Assembly: GCA_963700635.1 (NCBI GenBank)
Contig: CAVOYH010000001.1
Coordinates: 64,001-128,000, forward strand
Direction: 5' to 3'
DNA: 64,000 bases
Source of the DNA: an uncultured Bacteroidota bacterium
GTDB taxonomy: Bacteria > Bacteroidota > Ignavibacteria > UBA10030 > UBA6906
This document shows, piece by piece, positions 47,998 through 59,170 of the stretch. The translations under genes and the position numbers were made by a program. The notes beneath the pieces are model-generated. The model was not told where the DNA came from, searched no databases, and worked only from the letters and a program-made list of their open reading frames with translations. Each line of letters opens with the position of its first letter. Within the stretch, counting starts at the first letter, position 1.

Positions 47998-49186
47998 GCA
48001 CTGTGTGCTGGTAATCGAAAACGAAGCCGTTCCGTTCGACCGGCGTATGTGGAACATCGCCCATGCCCTGAAGGAATCAGGTGCCGTCGTAAGCGTTATC
48101 TGTCCGATTTTTGGGAAGGACAATGAACGCTTCACGGTGCTTGATGGCATTCGCATCCATAGGTACACGAACACCTTCGCCGACGGGTCGGTCGTGGGAT
48201 ATTTCCGCGAATATGGAGTCGCATTTGTAAAGACGGTATTCCTGCTGCACACACTGATGCTCCGGGGCCGCATTCATGTGGTCCATGTGGCCAATCCGCC
48301 GGACATCTTCTGGCCGCTTGCGATCTATCTCAAGCTGTTCGGTATCCGGTTCATTTTTGACGAGCACGATCTTTCTCCCGAAGCGTACCTGAGCCGGTTT
48401 GACAAGGACGAGAGCTCTGCGGGAATACTGTACACGCTGCAGCGCTGGTTTCAGCGTCTGTCGTACCGATTTGCCGATGGTATCATTTCAACCAACGAGA
48501 CGTATCGTGAGCGGGCAATTCAGACCAATCCGCGCAATGCCGCGAAGACATTTGTCGTACGGAATGGCCCCGATACCAGAACGTTTCGTCGCTGCCCTCC
48601 CAATGCAGAACTAAAAAAAGGACGGGCCTTCCTTGCTGCGTATATCGGCGTCATGGCTATCCAGGATGGAGTGGAATACGTCATCCGTGCGGTGGACGAG
48701 CTGGTGAACAAGCGCAACGTCAGGGATATCATGTTCTATCTCATCGGCAAAGGTGATGACTGGCCGCGGTTGAAGGAGATAGCAGAGGAGCGCGGAGTTG
48801 GAAAGGATATCGTATTCACCGGGAGAATTCCGGATGCCGAAGCGCTGGAGATCCTCTCCACGGCGGACGTCTGTCTCTCGCCCGATCCGTATAGTCCCCT
48901 GAATGAACTGTCAACGATGACCAAGATTATGGAATACATGTCGCTCGGAAAACCGATTGTGTCGTTTCATCTGAAGGAGAACAAATATTCTGCGGGGCCA
49001 TCGGCGTTGTATGTGGACAACAACAATCACGAGGCTTTTGCCGAAGGGATTCTGACCCTGCTCCATGATCCCGAACGGTCGCAGCGAATGGGCGAAGCGG
49101 GTGTCCGGCGTGTGACAGAAGAATTGTCATGGCAAAAGCAGGCACAACGCCTGCGCGCGGCGTACACATTCGTGCTATCGCGCTGA
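47969..49186 (+). CDS. Glycosyltransferase family 4 (WbuB-like)
   Basis: VPFDRRMW, NPPD, DEHDLSPE, VRNGP, TMTKIMEYMSLGKP. Confidence 0.9.
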   Translation: MDITKEFAGKHCVLVIENEAVPFDRRMWNIAHALKESGAVVSVICPIFGKDNERFTVLDGIRIHRYTNTFADGSVVGYFREYGVAFVKTVFLLHTLMLRGRIHVVHVANPPDIFWPLAIYLKLFGIRFIFDEHDLSPEAYLSRFDKDESSAGILYTLQRWFQRLSYRFADGIISTNETYRERAIQTNPRNAAKTFVVRNGPDTRTFRRCPPNAELKKGRAFLAAYIGVMAIQDGVEYVIRAVDELVNKRNVRDIMFYLIGKGDDWPRLKEIAEERGVGKDIVFTGRIPDAEALEILSTADVCLSPDPYSPLNELSTMTKIMEYMSLGKPIVSFHLKENKYSAGPSALYVDNNNHEAFAEGILTLLHDPERSQRMGEAGVRRVTEELSWQKQAQRLRAAYTFVLSR

Positions 49187-50220
49187 TGCATACCATTCCC
49201 ATAGACCCTGTTGCCGATCAACGATGGTCTTCGTTCCTGGCATCAAACGATGAGGCGACGGTGTTTCACCATCCGGCGTGGATTAAGACGCTCATGCATT
49301 CGTACGGGTATGGCTCCGCCTCGCTCGCATGCGTCGGAGATGAGCAGATCCTCGGCGTGCTGCCCCTGCTTGAAATTCGAAGCCGGCTTACGGGAAAACG
49401 GGCCGTTGCGTTGCCATTTTCCGATTATGGGGGCGCGCTTGCTCAATCAGAGGCCGTGCATGACAAACTCCTCGACGCCGCCCTCGTCCTGCAGCGGGAG
49501 CGCGGCTGGAACTTTGTGGAACTTCGAAAACCACTCGTTCACCCCCTCGCAGATATCAGCGCCGCGTACAAGCGCCACGCCCTGCGCCTGGATGCTGACC
49601 CGGATCGGATGTACCGCTCCTTCGATAAGAGTCAAACGCAACGCTCTGTGACAAAATTTCTGAAGAGTGGGGCAATCGTGGAGCGCAGGACCGATCGTGA
49701 TGCGCTCCGGGCGTTTATGCGGCTGAACTACCAGACCCGCAGGAAGCACGGATTGCCTCCCCAGCCTGACCGGTTTTTTGAACAGGTTCAGAAGAATCTT
49801 CTCGATCCGAAGATGGGATTTGTGAGCCTCGCGCGCCGCGAGGGAACGGTGCTTGCGGGGTGCGTCTTCCTCGTGTCAAAGAATACCGTGTACTACAAGT
49901 TCGGGGCTTCTGACGAAGCGCACCTTTCACACCGCCCAAACCACGGCATTATGTGGGATGTCATTCAGTGGGCGGCTGCGGAAGGGTATGCCACACTGGA
50001 TTTCGGCCGGTCCGATCTCGATGGAGAGGGGTTGATCAAGTTTAAAAGGGGTTGGGGAACGGTCGAAACAGACCTGACCTATTCCCGCCTCGGGGGCCAG
50101 GGAAACAAGGGCGACAGAGCTGGCGGGGGCCTTCTGGAACGGACTAAACCACTGCTCCAGCATATGCCCATTCCGCTTCTGAAAATGATCGGAAACGTCA
50201 TGTATGAACATGTCGGATAA
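49186..50220 (+). CDS. GNAT-family (FemAB/CelD-like) acyltransferase
   Basis: ATVFHHPAW, ALPFSDYGG, YYKFGAS, LDFGRSD...GLIKFKRGWG; TGATG coupling to the upstream GT. Confidence 0.85.
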   Translation: MHTIPIDPVADQRWSSFLASNDEATVFHHPAWIKTLMHSYGYGSASLACVGDEQILGVLPLLEIRSRLTGKRAVALPFSDYGGALAQSEAVHDKLLDAALVLQRERGWNFVELRKPLVHPLADISAAYKRHALRLDADPDRMYRSFDKSQTQRSVTKFLKSGAIVERRTDRDALRAFMRLNYQTRRKHGLPPQPDRFFEQVQKNLLDPKMGFVSLARREGTVLAGCVFLVSKNTVYYKFGASDEAHLSHRPNHGIMWDVIQWAAAEGYATLDFGRSDLDGEGLIKFKRGWGTVETDLTYSRLGGQGNKGDRAGGGLLERTKPLLQHMPIPLLKMIGNVMYEHVG

Positions 50221-51385
50221 ATCACGACCATCAGCAACCGGACGATCTCCTCTTCGGGATCTCCTCAAGATCGCTGAGGGTGTGCGCGAACCTGATGGTG
50301 TCACGACGGATCTCGGAGAATGGGTCTATGAACGATACGTCCGGGATGATCAGAGCTGGAAGCGCCGTTTGTACTATGCGCTGAAGCCTGTTATTCCACG
50401 GCCCATCCAGATCGCTCTGCGCCAACGGTATGTCGCCGTGCAGGCGTCCGCCACATTTCCTGCCTGGCCTATCGAACCGCTGCTGACCGTAAAAGTGGAA
50501 GAGTATCTCCGGGCAATCCTCTCGAACCATGGATGAAGTGCGGCACATCGCGTTCTGGCCTGACGCGTTGCGTTGCTGCGTTTGTGATCACACACGATGT
50601 TGAGTGGGATGCAGGATTACGCCGGGCTCCCGCGATTGCTGCGTTGGAACGGGAGCTGGGATTCACCTCATGCTGGAATCTTGTTCCTGAGCGATATCCC
50701 ATCGACTGGAGTATTGTGGATGAGCTCAGACAGGAGGGATTTGAGATCGGTCTGCACGGACTCAAACACGACGGGCGTTTGTTCCAGTCACACAAGGTCT
50801 TTGCCGAGCGCGTACACTCAATACATGCGTACGCACGGGAATGGGGCGTCGAGGGATTCCGGTCACCGTCAACCCTGCGCAATGCAGAGTGGATGACAGA
50901 GATGCAGATCGCGTACGACAGTTCCTTTCCCGATACTGATCCATACGAACCGCAACCCGGTGGGTGCTGCTCGATCTGGCCGTATTTCCTGGGTTCCATG
51001 GTGGAGCTGCCGCTGAGTCTCCCCCAGGATCACACGCTGTTTGAGATTCTCAAGCACGGTGACATCGCGGCATGGCAGAGGAAGGCGGAGTGGATTGGTG
51101 TTCACGGCGGCATAGCCATGCTGAATGTGCACCCGGACTACATGATGACCGATGAGCGTCTCTCGCTGTACAGGGACTTCCTCCAATACATGAAGGCACA
51201 GACCCGCATGTGGCATGTACAGCCGCGTGAAGCCGCCCGCTGGTGGCGCGATCGGCATGCATCAACTCTTCGTGCGGACGGGGGTAAGTACTCGCGTGGA
51301 AGGACCTGCTGCAGATCGGGCGGTGATGGTGCGCAGTTTTCTGAACGATGGATCTCTTGTCACCCAACCGGAACGTGCAGGGTGA
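50204..51385 (+). pseudogene. Polysaccharide deacetylase family protein, interrupted by apparent +1 frameshifts (~50531, ~50574, ~51295)
   Basis: Pieces in successive frames: FPAWPIEP.../DEVRHIAFWPD/AAFVITHDVE...EIGLHGLKHDG...GFRSP...YDSS...HPDY/VEGPAADRA...stop at 51385. Confidence 0.75.
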
Positions 51386-51472
51386 TGGTGCGCCTGCCTA
51401 CCGGATATGGACTGAAATGATATATGTACTTCGATACTCAACACCTGTACTCACGAACAAGTAGGATGACCT

Positions 51473-52579
51473 ATGATGCGCATACCGTTTCTTGACCTGA
51501 AAGCACAATATGCCACAATCAAGGAAGAAGTTCTTCCCGCGATCCACAATGTCCTCGACAATACTGCATACGTCCTGGGAAAGCCGGTTACGGAGTTTGA
51601 AGCTGCATTCGGACGGGAACACGGAGTGCAGTTTTGTTACGGGGTGAGCACCGGAACAGCCGGGAACCATATGGTCCTCTGGGCTCTTGGCGTCAAACCC
51701 GGCGACGAGGTTATAGTCCCCGCCAACACGTTCATTGCCACTGCCTGGGGCGCGACGTTGTGCGGTGCTACGCCGGTCTTTGTGGATTGTGAGGCGGAAA
51801 GTTACAACATCGATCCTGCAAAAGTCGAGGCCAGGATAACGGCCCGGACAAAGGCCATCGTTGCTGTCCACCTGTATGGTCAGCCGGCGGACATGGATTC
51901 GCTGAATGAGATCGCCAGGAAGCACAAGATCGCACTGGTGGAAGATTGTGCGCAATCACATTTTGCAGAGTATAAGGGCAAACGTACGGGGGGGCTTTCC
52001 GTCGCATCCTCCTATAGCTTCTACCCCGGCAAGAACCTTGGTGCGTACGGAGAGGGTGGCGCCGTTGCGACCAACGATCCCGCGCTTGCCAGGATTTTCA
52101 AGATGATCCGTGACCATGGTGCAGAAAAGAAGTACTATCACGAAATGCACGGTCACAACTACCGGATGGAGGGGATTCAGGGGGCTGTGCTGGGTGTCAA
52201 GCTGCGTCATCTGGGCTCATGGACAGAAGCGCGGAGAAAAAACGCGGCTCTGTACAACACCGCGCTGAAGGGCATCCCCGGAGTTGTTACGCCAAAGGAA
52301 ATGCCGTATGCAAAACATGTGTATCATCTGTATGTCATACGCGCGCCGCGTCGCGACGACCTGCAGAAGCATCTCGAGGCGAAAGGCGTCGCCACCGGTT
52401 TGCACTATCCCGTGCCGTTGCACGTACAAAACGCCTTCAAACATCTGGGCTACAAAGAAGGAGATTTTCCGGTCACCGAACAGGCGGCCGGAGAAATTCT
52501 TTCTCTCCCGATGTATCCGGAGCTGACGGAAGAACAGATACGGTATGTGGCCGGTGCAGTTCGGGAGTTTTATTCCTGA
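51473..52579 (+). CDS. DegT/DnrJ/EryC1/StrS aminotransferase (WbpE/FdtB-like)
   Basis: IPFLDLKAQY, VHLYGQ, EDCAQS, SFYPGKNLGAYGEGG, LSLPMYPEL. Confidence 0.93.
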   Translation: MMRIPFLDLKAQYATIKEEVLPAIHNVLDNTAYVLGKPVTEFEAAFGREHGVQFCYGVSTGTAGNHMVLWALGVKPGDEVIVPANTFIATAWGATLCGATPVFVDCEAESYNIDPAKVEARITARTKAIVAVHLYGQPADMDSLNEIARKHKIALVEDCAQSHFAEYKGKRTGGLSVASSYSFYPGKNLGAYGEGGAVATNDPALARIFKMIRDHGAEKKYYHEMHGHNYRMEGIQGAVLGVKLRHLGSWTEARRKNAALYNTALKGIPGVVTPKEMPYAKHVYHLYVIRAPRRDDLQKHLEAKGVATGLHYPVPLHVQNAFKHLGYKEGDFPVTEQAAGEILSLPMYPELTEEQIRYVAGAVREFYS

Positions 52580-52612
52580 TCCTGCTTCCGTTGGAAGATA
52601 AAGGTTCTGACC

Positions 52613-52647
52613 ACCGCCTCCGGGTTTCTGACGGAGGCGGTTTTGTT
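52613..52647 (+). terminator. Rho-independent terminator
   Basis: 10-bp perfect stem accgcctccg/cggaggcggt followed by tttgtt, 33 nt after the stop. Confidence 0.8.
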
Positions 52648-52919
52648 AAATCCTTGATGGACAAGAGTTTGTCCAGCCGGTTCTCTCCGGAGGGGATGAT
52701 GTGCGGTCAGAATCTACGCCGTTTTGTGCCAGGCTGGGTTTTGGGGTGCACATGAGCCTTCGTGATGCAGGACACGGCGGTAGGCTCTGGAGTTTTCTAC
52801 ATTATGCACACACGTTGAACAGTACACGCTACACCGTCCCAGTTGCATTTGGACACTCTTTTTTTTAACCTTTATCTGGTCGCAAAAGGCCGGATTCTCC
52901 TCTCTAAGGGTACGAGACT

Positions 52920-54383
52920 ATGGTATCGTTTCGAAAGCGTGCAGCATACGCATACATACTTCCCGTCCTTGACTGGTTGACGATCGTCGCTGCTCTTTTT
53001 CTGGCCATTGTCCTGCGCGGTCGCGGGTTCGCCGGCGAATTTACCTTCATCGGCGCGCCGCTGGAGGGCGAGATCATTTTCCTCGTCGTGTTCAGTGCGG
53101 CGGCAACCCTTGTGTTCCGCTACCAGAGCCTCTACAAGGTCAACGTTTTTATCAGCGTCTCCGACCAGACGGTGCGCATAATCAAATCGTTGATCTACAC
53201 CATTGTCGGTCTCGCGCTGCTGGCGTTCTTTATCCGGGCTTCGTGGATCCTGGACAGCCGTCTGGCGATGATCTATTTTACGGTCATCTCTGCGCTCATG
53301 TTGACCATGGGTCGCGTTATTGTCTTCCGGAATATCTATCTCTGGCTCTCACGACGGAAAGTGTTCCATCGTAACGCGCTGATTGTCGGTTCAGGAGAGA
53401 ATGGCAAGAATCTGGCCATCAATCTTTTCTTGAATGATCACCTTGGTTTGAACCTCGTCGGGTTTCTGGATGACGATCTCCCGCTGGGGAAAGTGGTCTT
53501 CAACCGGGCCAAAGTGGTCGGCCGGGTTTCGGAACTGAAAGATATCGTCAAGGTCTTCGAAGTCCAGGAAGTGATCGTGAGCCTTGAAAACGTTGACCAC
53601 GGCAGGCTCATCAATGTGCTGGAAATTGCAACGATGACGGATGCGGTGGTGAAGATTTCTTCGCCGCTGTATGATGTTGTCCCGGCACGCCTCTTCATCG
53701 AGAAGTATGGCAATCTTCCGGTTGTGGGGATCTCCCAGTTTAACCCGAGTCCGTTCCTGGAAGGATACAAGCGGGTGTTTGACTCCATGCTCGCTGCGTT
53801 GGGTCTCCTGCTGCTCCTGCCCATGTTTGGAACCATCGCTCTGCTGATCAGACTGAATTCCCGCGGACCGATCTTTTTCGCACAGACCCGTATCGGGAAG
53901 AACGGGAAACCGTTCAAGTTCTACAAATTCCGGTCCATGACCGTGGGGAGTGATAAGGACAGGGACCGCGAAAAGATTGTTGTTGAATTCATGCAGACCA
54001 AAACGAAGGTCAAACCGGCGGCAAAGACCTCAACGAAGATCGTCAACGAATCGCGTGTGACACCGATCGGCCGTTTTCTCCGCAAGACGAGTCTTGACGA
54101 GTTGCCCCAGTTGTTTAATGTGCTAAAGGGCGACATGAGTCTCGTCGGGCCGCGACCCTGCCTCCCGTTCGAATGGGATCACTATGAAGAGTGGCACAAG
54201 CGCCGCCTGAGCGTGATGCCCGGTTGTACGGGCATGTGGCAGGTCGCCGGACGGAGCGTGGTGGGATTTGAAGACATGGTGGTTCTGGATCTGTACTACA
54301 TCCAGAATGCGTCCGTGCTGCTCGATTTTGGTCTCCTGCTCAAAACACTACCCGTGATGCTCTTCGGCTCCGGGGCCAAATAA
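52920..54383 (+). CDS. Polyprenyl-phosphate priming sugar transferase (WcaJ/WbaP family)
   Basis: N-terminal TMs; CoA-binding-like domain; KRVFD; YKFRSM; [28 protein letters not shown]; PGCTGMWQV. Confidence 0.93.
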   Translation: MVSFRKRAAYAYILPVLDWLTIVAALFLAIVLRGRGFAGEFTFIGAPLEGEIIFLVVFSAAATLVFRYQSLYKVNVFISVSDQTVRIIKSLIYTIVGLALLAFFIRASWILDSRLAMIYFTVISALMLTMGRVIVFRNIYLWLSRRKVFHRNALIVGSGENGKNLAINLFLNDHLGLNLVGFLDDDLPLGKVVFNRAKVVGRVSELKDIVKVFEVQEVIVSLENVDHGRLINVLEIATMTDAVVKISSPLYDVVPARLFIEKYGNLPVVGISQFNPSPFLEGYKRVFDSMLAALGLLLLLPMFGTIALLIRLNSRGPIFFAQTRIGKNGKPFKFYKFRSMTVGSDKDRDREKIVVEFMQTKTKVKPAAKTSTKIVNESRVTPIGRFLRKTSLDELPQLFNVLKGDMSLVGPRPCLPFEWDHYEEWHKRRLSVMPGCTGMWQVAGRSVVGFEDMVVLDLYYIQNASVLLDFGLLLKTLPVMLFGSGAK

Positions 54384-54396
54384 GGAAACTTTCCTG

Positions 54397-55401
54397 ATGA
54401 AAATCGGTGTCGTAGGTTTTGGATACTGGGGACCGAATCTGGTCCGTAATTTCCAGGCAACCCCCTCAGTAGAGGGACTGGTCTGCTATGATGCTTCTGA
54501 AAAGCGGCTCGCCATTGCCAAACAGAAATTCCCTTCTCTGGAAGTGGCGAAAACATACGATGACCTCCTTGCGCGCAAGGATGTTACCGCAATTGCGATT
54601 GCAACACCGGTCTCCACGCATCATGCGCTCGGCATGAAAGCTCTCAACGCGGGAAAGCACCTCCTCCTGGAAAAGCCGATGGCGGAGAGCGTTGAGCAGT
54701 GTAAACAGTTGGTTGATCTTGCGGAAAAAAAGAAGCTGGTGCTCATGGTAGACCACACCTTCGTCTATACGGGCGCCGTCCGGAAAATCAAGGAACTTGT
54801 GGAGAACGGGCGTCTCGGCGAGATCATGTACTTCGATTCTGTGCGTGTGAATCTGGGGCTCTTCCAGCATGACACAAATGTTCTCTGGGATCTGGCGCCA
54901 CACGATCTGTCCATCATGGACTACATCATCGGGCTTGAACCGACCGGTGTCTCGGCCATCGGGGCTAAACATTTCAGCGACAAAGAGGATATTGCGTATA
55001 TCAGCGTGCTGTATGGAAACCAGCTGCTTGCGCATTTCCACGTCAACTGGATGTCCCCCGTTAAAGTCCGGAAGATCTTGATCGGCGGGAGCAAGCTGAT
55101 GGTGGTCTATGACGACATGGAGCCGAGCGAAAAAATCCGTGTCTATGATAAAGGAGTGGACATCAAAGAACGTGAGTCAATCTATAAAGTGCTTGTGCAG
55201 TACCGGACCGGCGACATGTGGGCTCCAAAGATCGACACGAATGAGGCGTTGAGCCTGATGGTGGGAGATTTTTTGGATGCCATCACATCGGGTAATCGCC
55301 CCACCACCGATGGGCGGTCCGGCATGAAGGTGGTCAAGATCCTGGAGGCAGCGCAGGCTTCGTTGGCGGCCCATGGTGCGATGATCTCCCTGTCGTCCTG
55401 A
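54397..55401 (+). CDS. Gfo/Idh/MocA oxidoreductase (WbpB-like)
   Basis: VGFGYWG, LEKP, DHTF, WDLAPHD. Confidence 0.9.
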   Translation: MKIGVVGFGYWGPNLVRNFQATPSVEGLVCYDASEKRLAIAKQKFPSLEVAKTYDDLLARKDVTAIAIATPVSTHHALGMKALNAGKHLLLEKPMAESVEQCKQLVDLAEKKKLVLMVDHTFVYTGAVRKIKELVENGRLGEIMYFDSVRVNLGLFQHDTNVLWDLAPHDLSIMDYIIGLEPTGVSAIGAKHFSDKEDIAYISVLYGNQLLAHFHVNWMSPVKVRKILIGGSKLMVVYDDMEPSEKIRVYDKGVDIKERESIYKVLVQYRTGDMWAPKIDTNEALSLMVGDFLDAITSGNRPTTDGRSGMKVVKILEAAQASLAAHGAMISLSS

Positions 55402-55429
55402 ATCCCGTGATGCCCTGTCCCCACTACCG

Positions 55430-55915
55430 ATGGAGAAGAAACAGATGTCCTTTCAGAAGATAGCGCCCGACGTAAAGCTTGGAAAAGATGTGAAGGTGTA
55501 TGACTTCGTCAACATGTATGGATGCGAAATCGGCGACCGGACCAAAATCGGAACCTTTGTGGAGATTCAGAAGGGTGTGAAGATCGGTGCGGACTGCAAG
55601 GTTTCTTCACATACGTTTATCTGTGAAGGTGTCACCGTCGAGGATGGAGTGTTTGTCGGCCACAATGTTTCCTTCATTAACGACAAATACCCGCGCTCTA
55701 CAAATCCTGATGGCGCCATGCAGACAGAAGCGGATTGGGCCGTCGTGAAGACGCTCGTAAAAAAAGGTGCGTCGATTGGAACGAGCACGACGGTACTGTG
55801 TGGAGTGACTATCGGGGAAAACGCCATCGTTGGTGCCGGCAGCGTCATCACCAAGGATGTCCCGCCCAACTCGGTTGTTGCGGGTGTGCCGGCCCGTGTT
55901 ATCAGAAAAGTATAA
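55430..55915 (+). CDS. Hexapeptide-repeat N-acyltransferase (WbpD/FdtC-like)
   Basis: IG...[35 protein letters not shown]...AGVPAR. Confidence 0.9.
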   Translation: MEKKQMSFQKIAPDVKLGKDVKVYDFVNMYGCEIGDRTKIGTFVEIQKGVKIGADCKVSSHTFICEGVTVEDGVFVGHNVSFINDKYPRSTNPDGAMQTEADWAVVKTLVKKGASIGTSTTVLCGVTIGENAIVGAGSVITKDVPPNSVVAGVPARVIRKV

Positions 55916-55947
55916 TCCATTCTCACACTCATCCGGGGAATCACCGC

Positions 55948-56724
55948 ATGAAGGTAGCAATCCTTGCCGGCGGCGTGGGGACGCGTTTGGTCGAAGAGAC
56001 CGAAGTAAAACCAAAACCCATGGTGGAAATCGGGGGGCGTCCGATCCTCTGGCATATCATGAAACATTATGCACACCATGATTTTAAGGAGTTTGTAATC
56101 GCCCTTGGCTATAAGGGCGAATATATCAAAAAATATATGGTGGACTACGCGAACTTGAATAGCAGCGCGTTGACGGTACAGATGAAGTCCGGGACTGTTG
56201 AAATCGACGGGAGCTCGCGGCCTGACTGGACGGTACAATTGGTGGACACCGGGATTTCCACGCTGACCGGCGGCCGGATTAAGAGGCTTCAACCGTATCT
56301 CGGCAACGAGACATTTATGCTCACCTGGGGAGACGGCGTTTCGGATATCAACCTCCATGAATTGTTGAAGTTCCATAAGGCACACGGGAAACTTGCCACG
56401 CTTACCGCCGTGCGCCCGCCGGCCCGGTTCGGCCATATGGTGTTTGATGGGGACAAGATCGTGGAGTTCCTGGAGAAGCCTCAGACCGGTGAAGGGTGGA
56501 TTAACGGGGCGTTTTTTGTCCTTGAACCGGGTATTTTTAAGTACATCCACGGCGATGAAACACAATGGGAACATGACCCGCTTGAACGCCTCGCGGCCGA
56601 CGGCCAGTTGATGGCGTACCGCCATTCGTCGTTCTGGCAGTGTATGGATACGTTACGCGACAAGAAACTGCTCGAAGACCTCTGGCAGCACGGCGGCGCA
56701 CCCTGGAAAGCCTGGAAGGATTGA
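55948..56724 (+). CDS. rfbF: Glucose-1-phosphate cytidylyltransferase
   Basis: ILAGGVGTRL.EET..KPKPMVEIG, LTGGRIKR, WINGAFF, FWQCMDTLRDK. Confidence 0.92.
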   Translation: MKVAILAGGVGTRLVEETEVKPKPMVEIGGRPILWHIMKHYAHHDFKEFVIALGYKGEYIKKYMVDYANLNSSALTVQMKSGTVEIDGSSRPDWTVQLVDTGISTLTGGRIKRLQPYLGNETFMLTWGDGVSDINLHELLKFHKAHGKLATLTAVRPPARFGHMVFDGDKIVEFLEKPQTGEGWINGAFFVLEPGIFKYIHGDETQWEHDPLERLAADGQLMAYRHSSFWQCMDTLRDKKLLEDLWQHGGAPWKAWKD

Positions 56725-56725
56725 T

Positions 56726-57757
56726 ATGCGCGTACTCGTTACCGGTCACCTTGGCTACATCGGAACCGTTATGGTTCCCATGCTTCTTGACGAGGGATTT
56801 GAGGTTGTCGGACTCGACAGCGATCTCTTTGAACGATCGACCTTCGGGGAAGGAATTGTTCCCGTCCCGCATATCAAAAAAGACGTGCGTGATGTGGAGA
56901 CGTCAGACCTCCGGGATTTTGACGCGGTCATCCACCTTGCCGGTCTCTCCAACGATCCTCTGGGCGATCTCAATCCGGACCTGACATTCGACATCAACCA
57001 TCTGGCCTCTGTCCGCCTGGCGGAACTTTCAAAACAGGCCGGGATCCGCCGCTTCGTGTTCTCTTCGTCGTGCAGCAACTATGGCGCCGGAGGGGAAGCG
57101 CTCCTCAATGAGCACTCCGCGTTTAACCCCGTTACACCCTACGGCATCTCCAAAGTCCGGGTGGAACAGGATGTCTCCAAGATGGCAGACAACTCCTTCA
57201 GTCCGACATTTCTTCGTAATGCAACCGCCTTTGGCGTGTCCCCGCGGTTGCGGTTTGACCTGGTGTTGAATAACCTTGCTGCGTGGGCGTTCACAACAGG
57301 CAAAGTGTTTATCAAGAGCGATGGTACACCCTGGCGGCCCATCGTCCATATTGCAGACATTTCCCGCGCCTTTATAGCCGTCCTGAAATCTCCCATCGAT
57401 CTTGTCCATAACCAGGCGTTCAACGTCGCGCGGAATGAAGACAACTACCGCATCCACGAACTGGCCGACATCGTGAAGGAGACGGTTCCCAACACGGTTA
57501 TCGAATACGCTAAAGACGCCGGACCGGATAAACGTTGCTACCGGGTGGACAGTTCCAAGATTATGAACACGCTGTCCTCCTTTAAGCCTGTCTGGGATGC
57601 CCGCAAGGGTGCCCGGGAACTGCTTGGGGCGTACAAAAAAGTCGGGCTCAAGCTGGATGATTTTGAAGGGCCCAAGTACAAACGGATCGACCATATCAAA
57701 ATGCTTATCAACTCCGGCCGCCTCGGTCCGGATCTACGCTGGACGACGTCATCCTGA
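56726..57757 (+). CDS. NAD-dependent epimerase/dehydratase
   Basis: TGHLGYIG, LSNDPLG, YGISK, RLRFDLVLN, SDGTPWRP. Confidence 0.9.
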   Translation: MRVLVTGHLGYIGTVMVPMLLDEGFEVVGLDSDLFERSTFGEGIVPVPHIKKDVRDVETSDLRDFDAVIHLAGLSNDPLGDLNPDLTFDINHLASVRLAELSKQAGIRRFVFSSSCSNYGAGGEALLNEHSAFNPVTPYGISKVRVEQDVSKMADNSFSPTFLRNATAFGVSPRLRFDLVLNNLAAWAFTTGKVFIKSDGTPWRPIVHIADISRAFIAVLKSPIDLVHNQAFNVARNEDNYRIHELADIVKETVPNTVIEYAKDAGPDKRCYRVDSSKIMNTLSSFKPVWDARKGARELLGAYKKVGLKLDDFEGPKYKRIDHIKMLINSGRLGPDLRWTTSS

Positions 57758-57773
57758 ACAGGACTCTCCCATC

Positions 57774-59005
57774 ATGAAGACGAAGTATCCACCCTGCCGT
57801 TCCTGTGGCAAGAAAGATCTGCAGCTCATCATCTCGTTTGGCCGTACAGCCCTCGCAGATCGCCTGGTAACCCATGCCCAATTAGGGCTTCCGGAAATCA
57901 CCGCTCCGCTGGATCTGGTGTTCTGTCCTGCATGTTCGCTCGTGCAAATCACCGAATCCGTCTCGCCGGAGATCCTCTTCGGACCGGAATACCCGTACTT
58001 TTCGTCCGTATCGCCTTCGCTGCTACAGCACTTCCGCCAGAGCGCGGAGCACATTATCGAAAAAGGGGACTCAACAGCACGCACCTTGTCGTTGAAGCCG
58101 CCAGCAATGACGGCTACATGCTGAAAATTTTCCAGGAAAAGGGCATTCAGGTGCAGGGAATCGACCCGGCCCAGGCCCCTGCCCGCAAAGCTCAGGAAGA
58201 TGGAGTCCCCACGCTCATCACCTTCTTTGGAAAAGAGCTGGCGATGCGATTGCGCAGGGAGGAAGGAAAAGCGGCGGATGTGTTCCTTGCCAATAACGTG
58301 CTTGCGCACGTTCCGGATTTAAACGGCTTCGTTGAGGGGATAAAGATCATTCTCAAAGACGATGGTGTGGCCGTCATCGAATGCCCTTACCTGGTGGACC
58401 TTGTTGATCATTGCGAATTCGACACCATCTATCATCAACATCTTTGCTATTTTTCGGTCACCGCACTGAACAAACTTTTCCGCCGGCATGGGTTGTTTCT
58501 CAATGAGATCAAGCGAGTCCCGGTTCATGGCGGGACGATCAGGCTGTTCGTGGAACCCGTTGAGAGAGTCGGCAGGAGCGTCCAGTCTCTTCTGGCGATG
58601 GAGAAGAAGCGGAAAGTTGACAGGATGAGTTATTACCGCGACTTTGCTGCCCGCGTTGAAGCTATCAAGACGTCGGTTCTGGACATTCTTGAAGGGCTGA
58701 AACGTAAGGGCAAAACAGTTGCCTCCTACGGCGCGGCGGCAAAGGCAACAACAATGCTGGCCTACGTGGGACTGGACAAGCGACTCGTGGATTACGTTGT
58801 GGACCTGAATCCTTTCAAGCATGGAAAATACATGGGGGTGAATCATCTCCCCATCTACCCCCCGTCAAAACTGGCAGAGGATATGCCTGACTATGTGCTC
58901 ATCCTGGCGTGGAATTTTTCGGAAGAGATTATGCGCCAGCAGGATGTATATCGTAGCAAGGGGGGAAGGTTTATTGTTCCGATCCCCAAACCGAAGATAG
59001 TCTAA
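57774..59005 (+). pseudogene. NDP-sugar C-methyltransferase (Zn-binding N-terminus), frameshifted at the A5G4 run 58060-58068
   Basis: CRSC...[14 protein letters not shown]...YPYFSS continues in another frame as VVEAASNDG...ANNVLAH...FDTIYHQH...HGG...YGAAAK...LAWNF...RFIVPIP. One missing A restores the frame. Confidence 0.85.
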
Positions 59006-59170
59006 TATTCCACGTTTGGCGAAATATAGCCATCCGGCTGGTATGAGATAAATTCCGGGGGTTGATTTCGCGCCATCTGGAGCATGTTCTGTTCTTTGCC
59101 ATGGGTACGACAATTGCTTATGCTTTTTGGTTAAGGGTATCTCCCGGGCTGTGTGACAGCCGTCACGTGT

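Noticed and set aside
47104-48273. 389-aa minus-strand ORF (likewise 55567-56625 and 3756-4769)
   Set aside because: Fully overlaps well-supported + strand genes and has no family motifs.
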